64,000 nucleotides of DNA from Syntrophaceae bacterium (GCA_003153775.1 PMBI01000011.1:109427-173426); one strand, 5' to 3'; positions 39,050 to 49,384 are shown, counted from the stretch's first letter. Numbers and translations: made by a program. Notes: generated by a model not told the origin, from the letters alone.

Positions 39050-39922
39050 ATGAGTACAACTGAAAAGAAATATGCTGAGGATTATACGCTTCAGGAATTG
39101 TTGGTTGCTGCAGCCGCAAGAGAGATCAAGGACAGGGAGGTGGTTTTTGTCGGCGTTGGCATACCTTGTCTGGGAGCGCTTGTCGCGAAATTGACGCATG
39201 CGCCTGATGTCATTTTGGCAGTGGAGTCGGGATGCATCGGTCCTTCGCCATACCGTCTCATGCTTGGTATAGGGGACAATGCCTGCGTGGAGAACGCGAT
39301 TTGTATAACTTCGCTGTGGCGGGCTTTTTCCGACCAGCAGCGCGGGTATTTTGACATAGGGATGCTGGGCGGCGCGCAGGTTGACAAGTACGGCAATTTG
39401 AACAGTACGGTGATATTCGGCGGCGGCAGTTACGAGAAACCGAAGACGCGTCTACCCGGAAGCGGCGGGGCGAATGATATTGCGATTTCCGCGAAGCGGA
39501 CCCTGATCATGATGAACCAGCAGAAGCGCCGGTTCCTGGAGAAGGTAGACTATATTACATCGCCGGGCTATCTGGACGGTCCTGGTTGTCGTGAGAAATA
39601 CGGATATCCGGGAGGGGGTCCTGCGGTGATCATCTCGAACATGGCGATTTTCCGGTTTGATGAAAAGACGAAGGAGGCATACCTTGATTCCGTGCATCCG
39701 GGGGTAACTGCTGAGGCTGTAAGGAAGGAAGTGTCATGGGACTTGCAGGTGTCTCCCGATTTAAAGACAACGCCGCCTCCGACGAATGAGGAGGCAAATA
39801 TCATCCGGACGCTGGACTCTCAGAAGGTCTACACCGGCGGCGGACTGAAAAATCTTACATTCGAGAACTACATCAAGATGCTTAATTCTTCGCACGAGAA
39901 GATCAAGGTGATGTTCGAGTGA
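39050..39922 (+). CDS. family I CoA-transferase subunit B (GctB-like)
   Basis: VGVGIP, VESG (catalytic Glu), GGAQVDKYGNLN, RLPGSGGAND; GGAGG RBS. Confidence 0.9.
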   Translation: MSTTEKKYAEDYTLQELLVAAAAREIKDREVVFVGVGIPCLGALVAKLTHAPDVILAVESGCIGPSPYRLMLGIGDNACVENAICITSLWRAFSDQQRGYFDIGMLGGAQVDKYGNLNSTVIFGGGSYEKPKTRLPGSGGANDIAISAKRTLIMMNQQKRRFLEKVDYITSPGYLDGPGCREKYGYPGGGPAVIISNMAIFRFDEKTKEAYLDSVHPGVTAEAVRKEVSWDLQVSPDLKTTPPPTNEEANIIRTLDSQKVYTGGGLKNLTFENYIKMLNSSHEKIKVMFE

Positions 39923-39940
39923 CATTCCAGGGGTGAGACA

Positions 39941-40720
39941 ATGAGGAAAGACCTGATTGAGAAGATTTTTTCTTTGGACGGGAAGACGGCCGTTATTACC
40001 GGCGGCTACAGGGGGATAGGCCTGGTGATCGCGGAAACCTGTGCGGAAGCCGGGGCAAATGTGGTATTAGTTGCACGAAACTTATCCGCCTGCCGCGAGA
40101 CGGCGGAAAAAATAGAAAAAACTTTTGGTGTCAAGACTGCCGGCAAATCCATGGACGTCCGCGACTCCAAATCTGTTGACCGCGTGATTCAGGAAATTTT
40201 CGATGAATTTGGCAGGATCGATATTCTTGTAAACAGCGCCGGGATCCCGGGAAGTGAAAAGCCCGTTTTGCGAATGACCGACGAGGATCTGGATGAGGTC
40301 ATGGGCGTGGATTTCAGGGGAACGTTCCTCGTTTCTAGAGCCGTCGGACAGATAATGGTGAAGCAAAAGAGCGGGAGGATTATCAACGTAGCTTCCATCC
40401 TCGGAAAGATTTCCGCACGCAACATGGCGGGATATTGTGCGAGCAAGGCTGCAGTTATCCAACTGACCCGGGTTATGTCTTTGGAGTTAATGCGGGATAA
40501 CGTGCAGGTTAACGCCCTCTGTCCAGGATACATCCTTACCGATTTTAACCGCGATTTCTTTGATTCGGAAATGGGCAAAGGACTGGTAAAGAAGATGATC
40601 CCTTTGAACAGGGTAGGGCGGTTGGAGGAATTGCAGTCAACGGCTCTTTATTTGGCCACATGTCCTGCTTTCCTGACGGGAGCGGAAATTTACATCGACG
40701 GCGGCCATACGATTGTTTAA
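39941..40720 (+). CDS. short-chain dehydrogenase/reductase
   Basis: TGGYRGIG, VNSAG, YCASK, NALCPG. Confidence 0.92.
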   Translation: MRKDLIEKIFSLDGKTAVITGGYRGIGLVIAETCAEAGANVVLVARNLSACRETAEKIEKTFGVKTAGKSMDVRDSKSVDRVIQEIFDEFGRIDILVNSAGIPGSEKPVLRMTDEDLDEVMGVDFRGTFLVSRAVGQIMVKQKSGRIINVASILGKISARNMAGYCASKAAVIQLTRVMSLELMRDNVQVNALCPGYILTDFNRDFFDSEMGKGLVKKMIPLNRVGRLEELQSTALYLATCPAFLTGAEIYIDGGHTIV

Positions 40721-40753
40721 CATTTAACACATAAATTAACATTAGGGAGCAAA

Positions 40754-41959
40754 TTGAAAATGAAAGATGTAGTGATGGTGAGTGCATGCAGGACGGCGAT
40801 CGGTGATTTTCTCGGCGCCTTGAAAGATGTGCCGGCGCGTCAGTTGGCGATGACGGCCGGGAAGGCGGCGATAGAAAGGGCGGGGATTTCTTCGGACATC
40901 ATAGACGAGATCTGCGTGGGCCAGCTTTATACAGGAATGCAGGGGTCTCTGCCTGCGCGGCAGGTCGCCATGAGGATAGGCCTTCCACACAGGAGCGGCG
41001 CCGTGACGGTCAATCAGAACTGCACCTCCGCGATGCGGGCGTTGGAGATTGCCTGCCACAATATCATGCTTGGCAAGACGGAGGTCGGCCTTGCTGTGGG
41101 TGTCGAGAGTATGACGAATGCGCCGTATCTCATACCGAAGGCGAGAATGGGTTATCGTATGGGCCAGGGGACTATCGAGGACAGCATGCTGCATGATGGT
41201 TTGATCGATGAACTTGTTCCGGGTCACATGGGTATGACGGCGGAGAATGTTGCAGAGAAGTATGGAATCACGCGCAGGGAATGTGATGATCATGCCCTGC
41301 TGAGCCATACGCGCGCCGTTCAGGCGATCGACGAGGGGAGATTTAAGCGGGAGATCGTCCCTGTGGAGATAAAGACCAAGAAAGGCGTTAAGATCTTTGA
41401 TACGGACGAGCATCCCATACGGAATGCGAGCATGGAAACCATGGGTCAGTTGCCCACGGTGTTCAAGAAAGGCGGTGTCGTTACCGCCGCCAATGCTGCC
41501 GGCATCAATGACGGCGCCTCTGCTGCGGTAATCATGTCCAAGGATAAGGCCGCGGAACTGGGCATTAAGCCGCTCATGAAGTTGATCAACATATGCGGCG
41601 AAGGCGTGGACCCGGTGTTTATGGGTCTCGGCCCGGCGGTTGCCGCTCCCAAGTGTCTCAAGCAGGCGGGAATGAAATTTGCCGATATCGAATATTGGGA
41701 ATTTCATGAGGCCTTTGCAGCGCAGTGGCTGGGTGCAGGGAGAAAGCTGAAAGAGGATTTCGGGATGGTGCTGGATATTGAGAAAGTCAACCACAATGGT
41801 TCCGGTATTGCACTCGGGCATCCTGTGGGGAGCACGGGTCTCCGCATCATCATTACCATGTACTACGAAATGGAGAGGCTGGGCTTGACGCTGGGCGGCG
41901 CGTCCCTGTGCGTCGGAGGGGGGCCGGCGATGGCCTCGCTGTGGACAAGAGAAATCTGA
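40754..41959 (+). CDS. acetyl-CoA C-acyltransferase (thiolase)
   Basis: NQNCTS, HEAFA, GHPVG, CVGGG. Confidence 0.94.
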   Translation: MKMKDVVMVSACRTAIGDFLGALKDVPARQLAMTAGKAAIERAGISSDIIDEICVGQLYTGMQGSLPARQVAMRIGLPHRSGAVTVNQNCTSAMRALEIACHNIMLGKTEVGLAVGVESMTNAPYLIPKARMGYRMGQGTIEDSMLHDGLIDELVPGHMGMTAENVAEKYGITRRECDDHALLSHTRAVQAIDEGRFKREIVPVEIKTKKGVKIFDTDEHPIRNASMETMGQLPTVFKKGGVVTAANAAGINDGASAAVIMSKDKAAELGIKPLMKLINICGEGVDPVFMGLGPAVAAPKCLKQAGMKFADIEYWEFHEAFAAQWLGAGRKLKEDFGMVLDIEKVNHNGSGIALGHPVGSTGLRIIITMYYEMERLGLTLGGASLCVGGGPAMASLWTREI

Positions 41960-42267
41960 CAAACGGAGCTGAGACAGGCATCAAGAAAGTGGCGTTAAAA
42001 TATTGCGGAGGATGTAATCCGGGTTTCGACCGTGTAGCTTACGCAGAGAGTGTGAAGTCGGCGGCGGGCCCTGTCATAGAATGGGTTACGCTCGAGGATG
42101 AAGGATTTGATACCGTACTGCTGATTTGCGGCTGCGAGACGGCCTGCCCGCTGCGGAGCATTGATTTCAGCCGGTACAGGCAACGCGTATCCATTAAGAA
42201 TGACAAAGTATCTCCGGGGGATTTAGTGAATATTCTATTAGAAAGTGAGGAGGCAAATGAAGATTAG
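41941..42267 (+). CDS. small Cys-rich hypothetical protein (KYCGGCNP..CGC..AC)
   Basis: Fills the gap between thiolase and AbfD and overlaps both; start uncertain (GTG 41941 or 41989). Confidence 0.7.
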   Translation: MDKRNLTNGAETGIKKVALKYCGGCNPGFDRVAYAESVKSAAGPVIEWVTLEDEGFDTVLLICGCETACPLRSIDFSRYRQRVSIKNDKVSPGDLVNILLESEEANED

Positions 42268-43699
42268 AACCAAAGAAGATTATATAAAGAGTCTCAAAGA
42301 TCAAAAAGTGGTCATATATTATAACGGCGAGTTGGTTGAAGACCGTACGACTTTCCCGGCCTTCATCCCGCACATAAATTCCGCCGCAAAGACGTATGAA
42401 CTGGCGCTGCTTCCGGAAAACGAGGACCTCTTGACTGCCACCAGCAACGTCACCGGGAAAAAGATAAACCGCTTCACGCACATCCATCAGTCTGTGGACG
42501 ACCTGATAAAAAAGGTTCAGATGCTGAGGCTGATTGCACACGAAACAGCGAGCTGCTTTCAGCGCTGCGTAGGTTTTGACGCCATGAATTCCCTTTACAT
42601 GACCACGTACGAGATCGACGAGAAACACAAGACGAAGTATTTCGAACGATTCGTGGAGTACCTCAAGAGGATCCAGGAAGAGAACTTCATGCTTGTAGGC
42701 GGGATGACAGATCCGAAAGGCGACCGCTCCAAGCGGCCCAGCCAACAGGCCGACCCCGATTTATTTACCCGCGTGGTGGAGAAACGCAAGGACGGCATAG
42801 TCGTAAGGGGGGCCAAGGCACATCAGACGGGCGCGGTCAACAGCCACGAGATCATGATCATGCCTACCCAGGCCATGGGAGAAGGAGACGAGGCTTACGC
42901 CGTAGTCGCCGCGATTCCCCTTGACGCCAAGGGTGTCACGCTGATCTTTGGCCGTCAGACTAACGACGAGAGGAAATTTGAATGCGGTATAGATGCCGGC
43001 AATTGTGAATTCGGGATGGTCGGAGGGGAGGCGCTCGTTGTTCTCGAAGACGTGTTTGTTCCCTGGGAAAGAGTATTCATGTGCGGTGAAATTGATTTTA
43101 CGGGAATGCTTGTGGAACGATTTGCCACGCTGCACCGCCAGAATTATGGGGGATGCAAGGGAGGCGTCTCGGATATAGTCATCGGCGCAAGCGCGCTCGC
43201 AGCGCAATACCAGGGCACTCTCGATGCCTCACATATCAAGGATAAACTCGTCGAGATGCTGCACCTGGCGGAGACGGTTTATTCGGGTTCCATAGCCTGT
43301 TCAGCGATGGGTTCGAAAACAAAAAGCGGGGCGTACTACCCTGATCCGCTCCTTGCCAACTGCACAAAGCACAATATCACGCGTGTTATTTACGATATCT
43401 CAAGGCTTGCGCATGACATCGGTGGGGGCATTATGGCAACCCTTCCTTTCGACAAAGATCTGAGGAGTCCGGTGGTGGGAAAGTATGTGAAGAAATATAT
43501 GAAAGGCGTCGAGGGCGTTTCGACGGAGACAAGAATGAAGATCGTGAGACTCCTCGAGAACATGACCGGCGGCACTGCGCTCGTTGAAAGCATGCACGGC
43601 GCGGGTTCGCCGCAGAGCCAGAGAATCATGTACCAGCGGCTCGGGAAATTGGGCCAGAAAATGAAGATGGCAAAAAAGATTGCGAAGATAGACGAATGA
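42257..43699 (+). CDS. abfD: 4-hydroxybutyryl-CoA dehydratase / vinylacetyl-CoA isomerase
   Basis: CFQRC, MTDPKGDR, KAHQTG, GGEALV, HRQNYGGCK, ESMHGAGSP. Confidence 0.9.
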   Translation: MKIRTKEDYIKSLKDQKVVIYYNGELVEDRTTFPAFIPHINSAAKTYELALLPENEDLLTATSNVTGKKINRFTHIHQSVDDLIKKVQMLRLIAHETASCFQRCVGFDAMNSLYMTTYEIDEKHKTKYFERFVEYLKRIQEENFMLVGGMTDPKGDRSKRPSQQADPDLFTRVVEKRKDGIVVRGAKAHQTGAVNSHEIMIMPTQAMGEGDEAYAVVAAIPLDAKGVTLIFGRQTNDERKFECGIDAGNCEFGMVGGEALVVLEDVFVPWERVFMCGEIDFTGMLVERFATLHRQNYGGCKGGVSDIVIGASALAAQYQGTLDASHIKDKLVEMLHLAETVYSGSIACSAMGSKTKSGAYYPDPLLANCTKHNITRVIYDISRLAHDIGGGIMATLPFDKDLRSPVVGKYVKKYMKGVEGVSTETRMKIVRLLENMTGGTALVESMHGAGSPQSQRIMYQRLGKLGQKMKMAKKIAKIDE

Positions 43700-43921
43700 G
43701 GTCTGCCCTTGAGTGCTGTGCGAATTGAACAGGGCAGGGAATTTCAGGAATTGCTGCGTCGAAAATTATACTTGCGGAGAGAGGGGGGATGCCGGGACGG
43801 ATAACATCAGAAGGCGTACATAAAATCATAATGCCGGCCGTGTTGATTGTCGCCGGATATGATCATGGTGCATGTCGTTATGTTAAGGTGATAAAGATAA
43901 ATAAAGGGGGTATAAAGAATA

Positions 43922-45256
43922 ATGACTAACGGTGTAAAAAAAGCATGGGGATATCGCCATATGATATTGATTATCATCTGGTTTATTTACCTTATTAATT
44001 ATTTTGATAGGATTTCTGTATTAACATTTCTACCGTTCATCCAGAAGGATCTTATGTTGACGGCCGTTCAACTGGGATGGCTGGGCTCCATATTCTTCTT
44101 TGGATATTCCTTGGCGCAGTTTCTCGCTGGGTACTTAGCAGACAGGATCGGTCCTAAGAAGACCATGGGCATTGCCGTCTGGGTCTTCACGATCGTCACT
44201 GGAATTACCGGATTTGTCCAGAATTACTGGCAGTTCATCGTCCTCCGTCTCAGCCTCGCGGTCGGCGAGGGGCAGCATTTCGCGCCGTCCATGCGAATGA
44301 TTGCCAACTGGTTCCCGCGGCAGGAAAAGGGAAGGGCGACCGGGTTCTTCTCGACCACGTGGGCCGTTGCCCCCGCGATAGTTCCTATTCTTGTTACCCA
44401 ACTGGCGGCAGCCTTCTTTGACGGCGCCTGGCGACCCGTATTCTTCGTCCTCGCAGTCCCGGGTTTCCTGTGCATCTGGCTGCTCAAGAAGTACGTATCC
44501 GATTCTCCGAAGACCATGTTGGAAATGGGAAAGATGACGAAGGAAGAGCACGACATGATCGTATCTTCTATAGATGTGCAATCAAGTGAACATGGCAAGA
44601 CATACAGCAGTAAGATGTATGCGACAGACATTCAATTCTATCTTTACACGGCCGGCCTCGTAATCATGCTGATGATCTACTGGGGAATGACCACGTGGAT
44701 CAGCACCTTCCTCGTCAAGCAGCACGGCATGAATCTGAAGACAATGGGATTTTATGCATCACTGCCTTACGTTGTGGCCTTCTTCGCGATGTACATAGGC
44801 GGGTGGATGGCGGACAAATGGTTCCACGGCAGACCGAAAGTCGTCACGATTATCTCTTTCATCGGGTGCATCCCGGCACTTTACTTTATCGGACATGTTT
44901 CCAAAGGCGATACGAGTATGCTCTTGCTTGGTTTGGCCATCGGCGGATTCTTTGTCAACCTGGCCTGGGGCATGATGTATTCCTTCCCGTCGCTGCGCTA
45001 TCCCAAGGAAGTTGTCGGCCGGGCGGTCGGCGTATCGAACGGCGTGGGACAATTCGGTGCCTTTGTTTCCCCCATGATTGCCGGATATCTGGTCGTCACG
45101 CTTCCCGATAACACATACGATTTCGGGAATGTGTTCCTGTTCTGGTCGATGCTTGCCTTCTTTGGGGCGATCGCCATCTCGTTCCTTAAAGAAAGATCGA
45201 TCGTCGATTTCGGCAGTTTCGAATCACAGAAGGGCGGTGCGATGGAGAAGAAATAA
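43922..45256 (+). CDS. MFS transporter (anion:cation symporter-like)
   Basis: INYFDR, GYLADRIGPK, NWFPRQEKGRA; about 12 TM segments. Confidence 0.92.
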   Translation: MTNGVKKAWGYRHMILIIIWFIYLINYFDRISVLTFLPFIQKDLMLTAVQLGWLGSIFFFGYSLAQFLAGYLADRIGPKKTMGIAVWVFTIVTGITGFVQNYWQFIVLRLSLAVGEGQHFAPSMRMIANWFPRQEKGRATGFFSTTWAVAPAIVPILVTQLAAAFFDGAWRPVFFVLAVPGFLCIWLLKKYVSDSPKTMLEMGKMTKEEHDMIVSSIDVQSSEHGKTYSSKMYATDIQFYLYTAGLVIMLMIYWGMTTWISTFLVKQHGMNLKTMGFYASLPYVVAFFAMYIGGWMADKWFHGRPKVVTIISFIGCIPALYFIGHVSKGDTSMLLLGLAIGGFFVNLAWGMMYSFPSLRYPKEVVGRAVGVSNGVGQFGAFVSPMIAGYLVVTLPDNTYDFGNVFLFWSMLAFFGAIAISFLKERSIVDFGSFESQKGGAMEKK

Positions 45257-45309
45257 TATCCGATGAAACAAATCGGATGAAACAAGATTCCAGGGTTTGT
45301 TGGCAGACA

Positions 45310-45376
45310 GGAAAAAGGATTTGCGGCTCGGTGTAATGCAAGGATATGAGAGACTGCAGATCCTTTTTCCATTTTT
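45310..45376 (+). terminator. long stem-loop, probable operon terminator
   Basis: GGAAAAAGGATTTGCGG pairs with CTGCAGATCCTTTTTCC (17 bp incl. G-U, 27-nt loop), followed by ATTTTT. Confidence 0.5.
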
Positions 45377-45456
45377 AATGTTTTATGATATTGTTCGCAT
45401 GATCATAGACGCCATCATTTATCAATAACCAAACAATACATTAAAGGGAAGAGATC

Positions 45457-46629
45457 ATGGATATAAGAAAAGTTATTGACTCAATACGAGAGACAGAGGT
45501 CGTAAGTTTGTGTCAGGAGCTGATTAGAATCATAAGTGTAAACCCACCCGGAGACGAACTCCCGATCGCCGAATATGTGGCCGGAATACTTGGCAAGGCA
45601 GGTCTGGAGGTGGAAATCATCCCTCACGGTCCGGGGAGGGCCAGTCTGCTTGCCGTGCTCAAGAGCAGCCGCAAGATTCAACCGCTCCTCTACAGCGCAC
45701 ATCTCGACACGGTTCCCCTCGGCGTCGAGAAATGGATACATGAACCCTTTGCCGCGGTTATTTCGGAAGGAAAGATATGGGGTCGGGGCGCCGCTGATAT
45801 GAAAGGAGGATTGGCCGCTCTCATCGTTACAGCAATGGAGCTGGCGCGGTCCGGGTTGCCGTTGCGGGGAGATCTCATTCTTGCGCTCACTGCAGGAGAA
45901 GAGGTTGATTCCCTCGGTGCGACCGCTATTGCATCCCGTACTGAACTTGGGCCTGCTCAGGCCGTGATTATCCCCGAACCCAGCGACAACGACATCTATA
46001 TCGCGGAGAAAGGCGCTCTGTGGCTGGAGTTGAGCACCCAGGGAAAGACTGCTCACGGGGCGATGCCGGAGCTCGGCGAAAATGCCGTCCTGATGATGGT
46101 AGACCTGATAGCGGAACTGAGGAAGCTGCAAATCCCGTTTAAAGAGCACCCCATGCTCGGCGGCTTCAGTATGAGTGTAAACACGATACAAGGCGGGATG
46201 AAGACGAACGTAGTTCCGGACGGCTGTGTGGTGACGGTGGATATGCGCACTGTGCCCGGTCAGAGTCATGAGGCAATTATAATACGGATAAAAGAAATGA
46301 TTGCCGCGTTGAGTCGACGAAATTCCACGTTCAAGGCGTCGGTAAAGGTAACCAATGACAGACCGCCTGTAGAGACGTCACCTAAAGAGGCTGCTGTCGG
46401 GATGTTTGCCGGTATTGTCGAAGAGGTGCTCGGGGAGCGTCCGACACCAAAAGGCGTGCGATACTATACGGACGCGACGGCGCTCGCGCCGGCATTCAAG
46501 GCGCCGATGATTATTTGCGGGCCTGGTGATCCCAAACTCGCACACCAGCCGAATGAAAATATTGTAATTGAAAGACTGCTTCAAGCGGTGAAAATATATA
46601 CGCTGACCGCCGGCCGGTTCTTGATTTAA
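45457..46629 (+). CDS. M20 metallopeptidase (ArgE/DapE family)
   Basis: HLDTVP, GRGAADMKGG, GEE, EPS, GPG....AHQPNE. Confidence 0.92.
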   Translation: MDIRKVIDSIRETEVVSLCQELIRIISVNPPGDELPIAEYVAGILGKAGLEVEIIPHGPGRASLLAVLKSSRKIQPLLYSAHLDTVPLGVEKWIHEPFAAVISEGKIWGRGAADMKGGLAALIVTAMELARSGLPLRGDLILALTAGEEVDSLGATAIASRTELGPAQAVIIPEPSDNDIYIAEKGALWLELSTQGKTAHGAMPELGENAVLMMVDLIAELRKLQIPFKEHPMLGGFSMSVNTIQGGMKTNVVPDGCVVTVDMRTVPGQSHEAIIIRIKEMIAALSRRNSTFKASVKVTNDRPPVETSPKEAAVGMFAGIVEEVLGERPTPKGVRYYTDATALAPAFKAPMIICGPGDPKLAHQPNENIVIERLLQAVKIYTLTAGRFLI

Positions 46630-46705
46630 TATTGAACAAAAAATGTCCTGATCTCTCAGTTAATTTCTTCTTGTGCTGGTTTTTCCGGTGAGCATTGGCT
46701 TATTG

Positions 46706-46744
46706 AGGCGGTTGGATACGTTCTTCAACCGCCTTTTTCTTTTT
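46706..46744 (+). terminator. Rho-independent terminator
   Basis: AGGCGGTTG..CAACCGCCT stem followed by TTTTCTTTTT. Confidence 0.75.
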
Positions 46745-46883
46745 GTGGCAATCCGGTAAAGGACAAGAACAGGATTGATGTGTCGCGGAGATAGAAACAC
46801 GCTCTAAAATGTGGTAGAGGTTTCGTGTCAGCAATCATTGAAAACCCTCAAGACCTGCTCTTCAGAAAAAAGGATATTGCTAT

Positions 46884-49217
46884 ATGAAAACAATATTCCC
46901 CTTGATAGTTCTTCTTTTGCTTTTTGCTTGTCCGGGTTGCACCACCCCGATGCAAAAATACTGGTTGAACAGTCAGTTCCACCAGTCCGCAGAATATTTT
47001 GAGAAGAATCTCTCCACTGATAAAGCCGGCCCCGATGATTTGTATTACTACTGCCTATCTCTGTATGAGATAAAAAATTACGAAAAATTCGCCAGCTGCC
47101 ACGATGCGTTCTTTGCAAGAACGGGAAAGGCCGACACGATTAACAGAACCTCGCGGGACGCGCTGCTTGCGGAGCTCCATTCCTTCAAGGCGAGGAACAT
47201 GATCGATCTCGGCGCTGATTACTACGATATAAAGAAGGAAGTCTATTATGCACTTGCCCTCTTGAAGAAGGCGCCGCCGAGCTTTCATAACGGCTACAAG
47301 ATTCCTGAGATCCACGTGTATGAAACGGCAGGCATCGTCGCAGCAATTAGGGGAGACAGGGCAACCGCATTGGATTACATAAGCAAGATCAGGACCGTCA
47401 CCTCCATGGCCGAATTTCAACTTCAACCCATCAAGAATGCGGCCATAGCCGGCATATACTTCATAATGAAGGACTATGCAGATGCGAAGAAAGTGATCCA
47501 GGAATATTCCGGAAGCGCATTTTACACCTTTGCCCAGGCAGTGGAAGTGATGATGGTCATCCCATTGCTGGTGCATTATGCGGACGTCGGGACTGATACG
47601 AGTATCGGTGCTTGGGCGGAACGAGGCACATTCCTGAGTGAGTTCATGGTAGCAAAGATTCTTTTTGAAACGGGGAGCCTTGACGAGGCAAAAAGCGGCT
47701 ACGAAAAACTCCTCTCGCAGAAGATGGCCGTGAATTACGAACGTCTCCATTGGACAGCGCTTGCTGACCTGGCTTCGATATACAGGAAGGAAGGCAGGTT
47801 GAAGGAAAGCATTAAGCATTTGGAACAAGCTGCAGACATCATTGAGAATCAGAGAAAGAGCATATTTTCTGAAGGGAGCAAAATCGGTTTTGTAGGCGAC
47901 AAGCAGGCAGTCTACCATGCGTTGATAAGGGCCTTGTACGAAGACCGACAATACGAAAGGGCATTCGAATATGTCGAGCGCTCGAAGTCCCGGGCGCTGG
48001 TCGATCTTCTCGCTTCGAAATATGACTTTGCAGTGAGAAGCGGTAATGAAAAAGAAATCCGTAAAATCCTTGTCGCGCAGGATGCCGCGGAAACACGAAA
48101 TGCCATGCAGGTCACAGCGACTGACAGCGCCAAGACCCGGAGTGTCCAGGTTAGATTCAGGGAAGACTTGCGAAATAAGGCGCCGGAGCTGGCTTCACTG
48201 GTTACAGTCACCTACCAGCCTGTCTCCGAGCTATTGTCGGAGATCGCAACAGATGAGGCTTTAATCGAATACTATTACCAGGACGAGGACATGTATGCCT
48301 TCGTCCTCTACGGACGTAAGCTGCAGACTGTTAAGCTCAAGAGCGCAGGCCTAACGGATGACGTCATGGCCTTCCGCAGGCTAATAGAGAAGCCGGGCTC
48401 TCCCGACTTTATGGCTGCTTCGAAAAAACTCTATAACCGTCTCTTCCAGCCAATCGAAGGTATACTCGGCAAACATTCTCTCATCATCGTCCCCCACGGG
48501 ATATTGCACTACCTGCCCATGAACGCGCTTCATGACGGGCGGAGTTATCTCATCGACCGTTACGGTATATGTATGATGCCGAGCGCGAGTGCCCTGAAAT
48601 ACCTGAGTAAGGGGAAAGCGCGCAAAAGCGGCGGCGTGCTGATCTTCGGCAATCCTGACCTTGGCGACGCCAGGCTTGACCTCGCATATGCCGAGCGGGA
48701 GGCGAGAGATGTTGCCAATCTCCGACCGAACTCCAAAGTCTTCGTCCGCAAAGAGGCTACAGAAACGGCTCTCCGCGAGTATGGCGGCAGCTACAGCTAT
48801 CTGCACTTCGCCACGCACGGCCAATTCAATCCGGAATTTCCGCTGCAATCGGCGCTGCTCCTGACTCCCGATTCCCACTACAATGGGATGCTTTCCGTAA
48901 ATAAAATCTATTCACTAAACCTGGCTCTCGATCTCGTCACCCTGAGCGCCTGCGAAACAGGATTGAGCAAGATCGCCAATGGCGATGATCTCGTCGGGCT
49001 CACCAGGGGATTCCTGTATGCGGGCTCCAGTTCCATCGTTGCCAGCCTCTGGAAGGTCGATGACATTGCCACTGCAGAACTCATGACCCGCTTCTACACA
49101 GAATTGGAGCGCACTGATAAGCGTGAGGCCTTAAGAACAGCGCAGTTGGAGACCAGGAAGAAATACCCGCATCCGTATTACTGGGCATCGTTCCAGCTAA
49201 CGGGAAGTGCGAAGTAA
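46884..49217 (+). CDS. TPR-CHAT protease lipoprotein (2)
   Basis: Signal peptide ending FACPGC; HFATHG, LSACETG, HPYYWASF. Confidence 0.92.
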   Translation: MKTIFPLIVLLLLFACPGCTTPMQKYWLNSQFHQSAEYFEKNLSTDKAGPDDLYYYCLSLYEIKNYEKFASCHDAFFARTGKADTINRTSRDALLAELHSFKARNMIDLGADYYDIKKEVYYALALLKKAPPSFHNGYKIPEIHVYETAGIVAAIRGDRATALDYISKIRTVTSMAEFQLQPIKNAAIAGIYFIMKDYADAKKVIQEYSGSAFYTFAQAVEVMMVIPLLVHYADVGTDTSIGAWAERGTFLSEFMVAKILFETGSLDEAKSGYEKLLSQKMAVNYERLHWTALADLASIYRKEGRLKESIKHLEQAADIIENQRKSIFSEGSKIGFVGDKQAVYHALIRALYEDRQYERAFEYVERSKSRALVDLLASKYDFAVRSGNEKEIRKILVAQDAAETRNAMQVTATDSAKTRSVQVRFREDLRNKAPELASLVTVTYQPVSELLSEIATDEALIEYYYQDEDMYAFVLYGRKLQTVKLKSAGLTDDVMAFRRLIEKPGSPDFMAASKKLYNRLFQPIEGILGKHSLIIVPHGILHYLPMNALHDGRSYLIDRYGICMMPSASALKYLSKGKARKSGGVLIFGNPDLGDARLDLAYAEREARDVANLRPNSKVFVRKEATETALREYGGSYSYLHFATHGQFNPEFPLQSALLLTPDSHYNGMLSVNKIYSLNLALDLVTLSACETGLSKIANGDDLVGLTRGFLYAGSSSIVASLWKVDDIATAELMTRFYTELERTDKREALRTAQLETRKKYPHPYYWASFQLTGSAK

Positions 49218-49355
49218 CTGATTGGGGACGGCTAAATTAAGCGATTTGCAAACGGGTCTGTCTGTTTATCGGGGCAGCATGACGGTGGCTGCTTTATGCT
49301 GTACCCTCGGCGAGAGCATGGGCGACTCGCCACACATTTTGCGGCCAAGATTACC

Positions 49356-49384
49356 TTGACGTCTAAGACCGAGTTTCATATAGT
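49356..49384 (+). promoter_or_regulatory. sigma70 promoter of the cls-like gene
   Basis: TTGACG-N17-TATAGT. Confidence 0.65.

Noticed and set aside
38998-39063. Sec readthrough at other TGA-ending genes (CoA-transferase A, YciI, 26566..26841, CMD protein)
   Set aside because: The proteins look complete at the TGA, the codon is not at a Cys motif, and another stop follows shortly.
40742-41962. 406-aa minus-strand ORF
   Set aside because: Antisense shadow of the thiolase with no recognisable motifs; the same applies to other long antisense ORFs (47055..47951, 49585..50376, 45481..46269, 37258..38034, 55445..56137).
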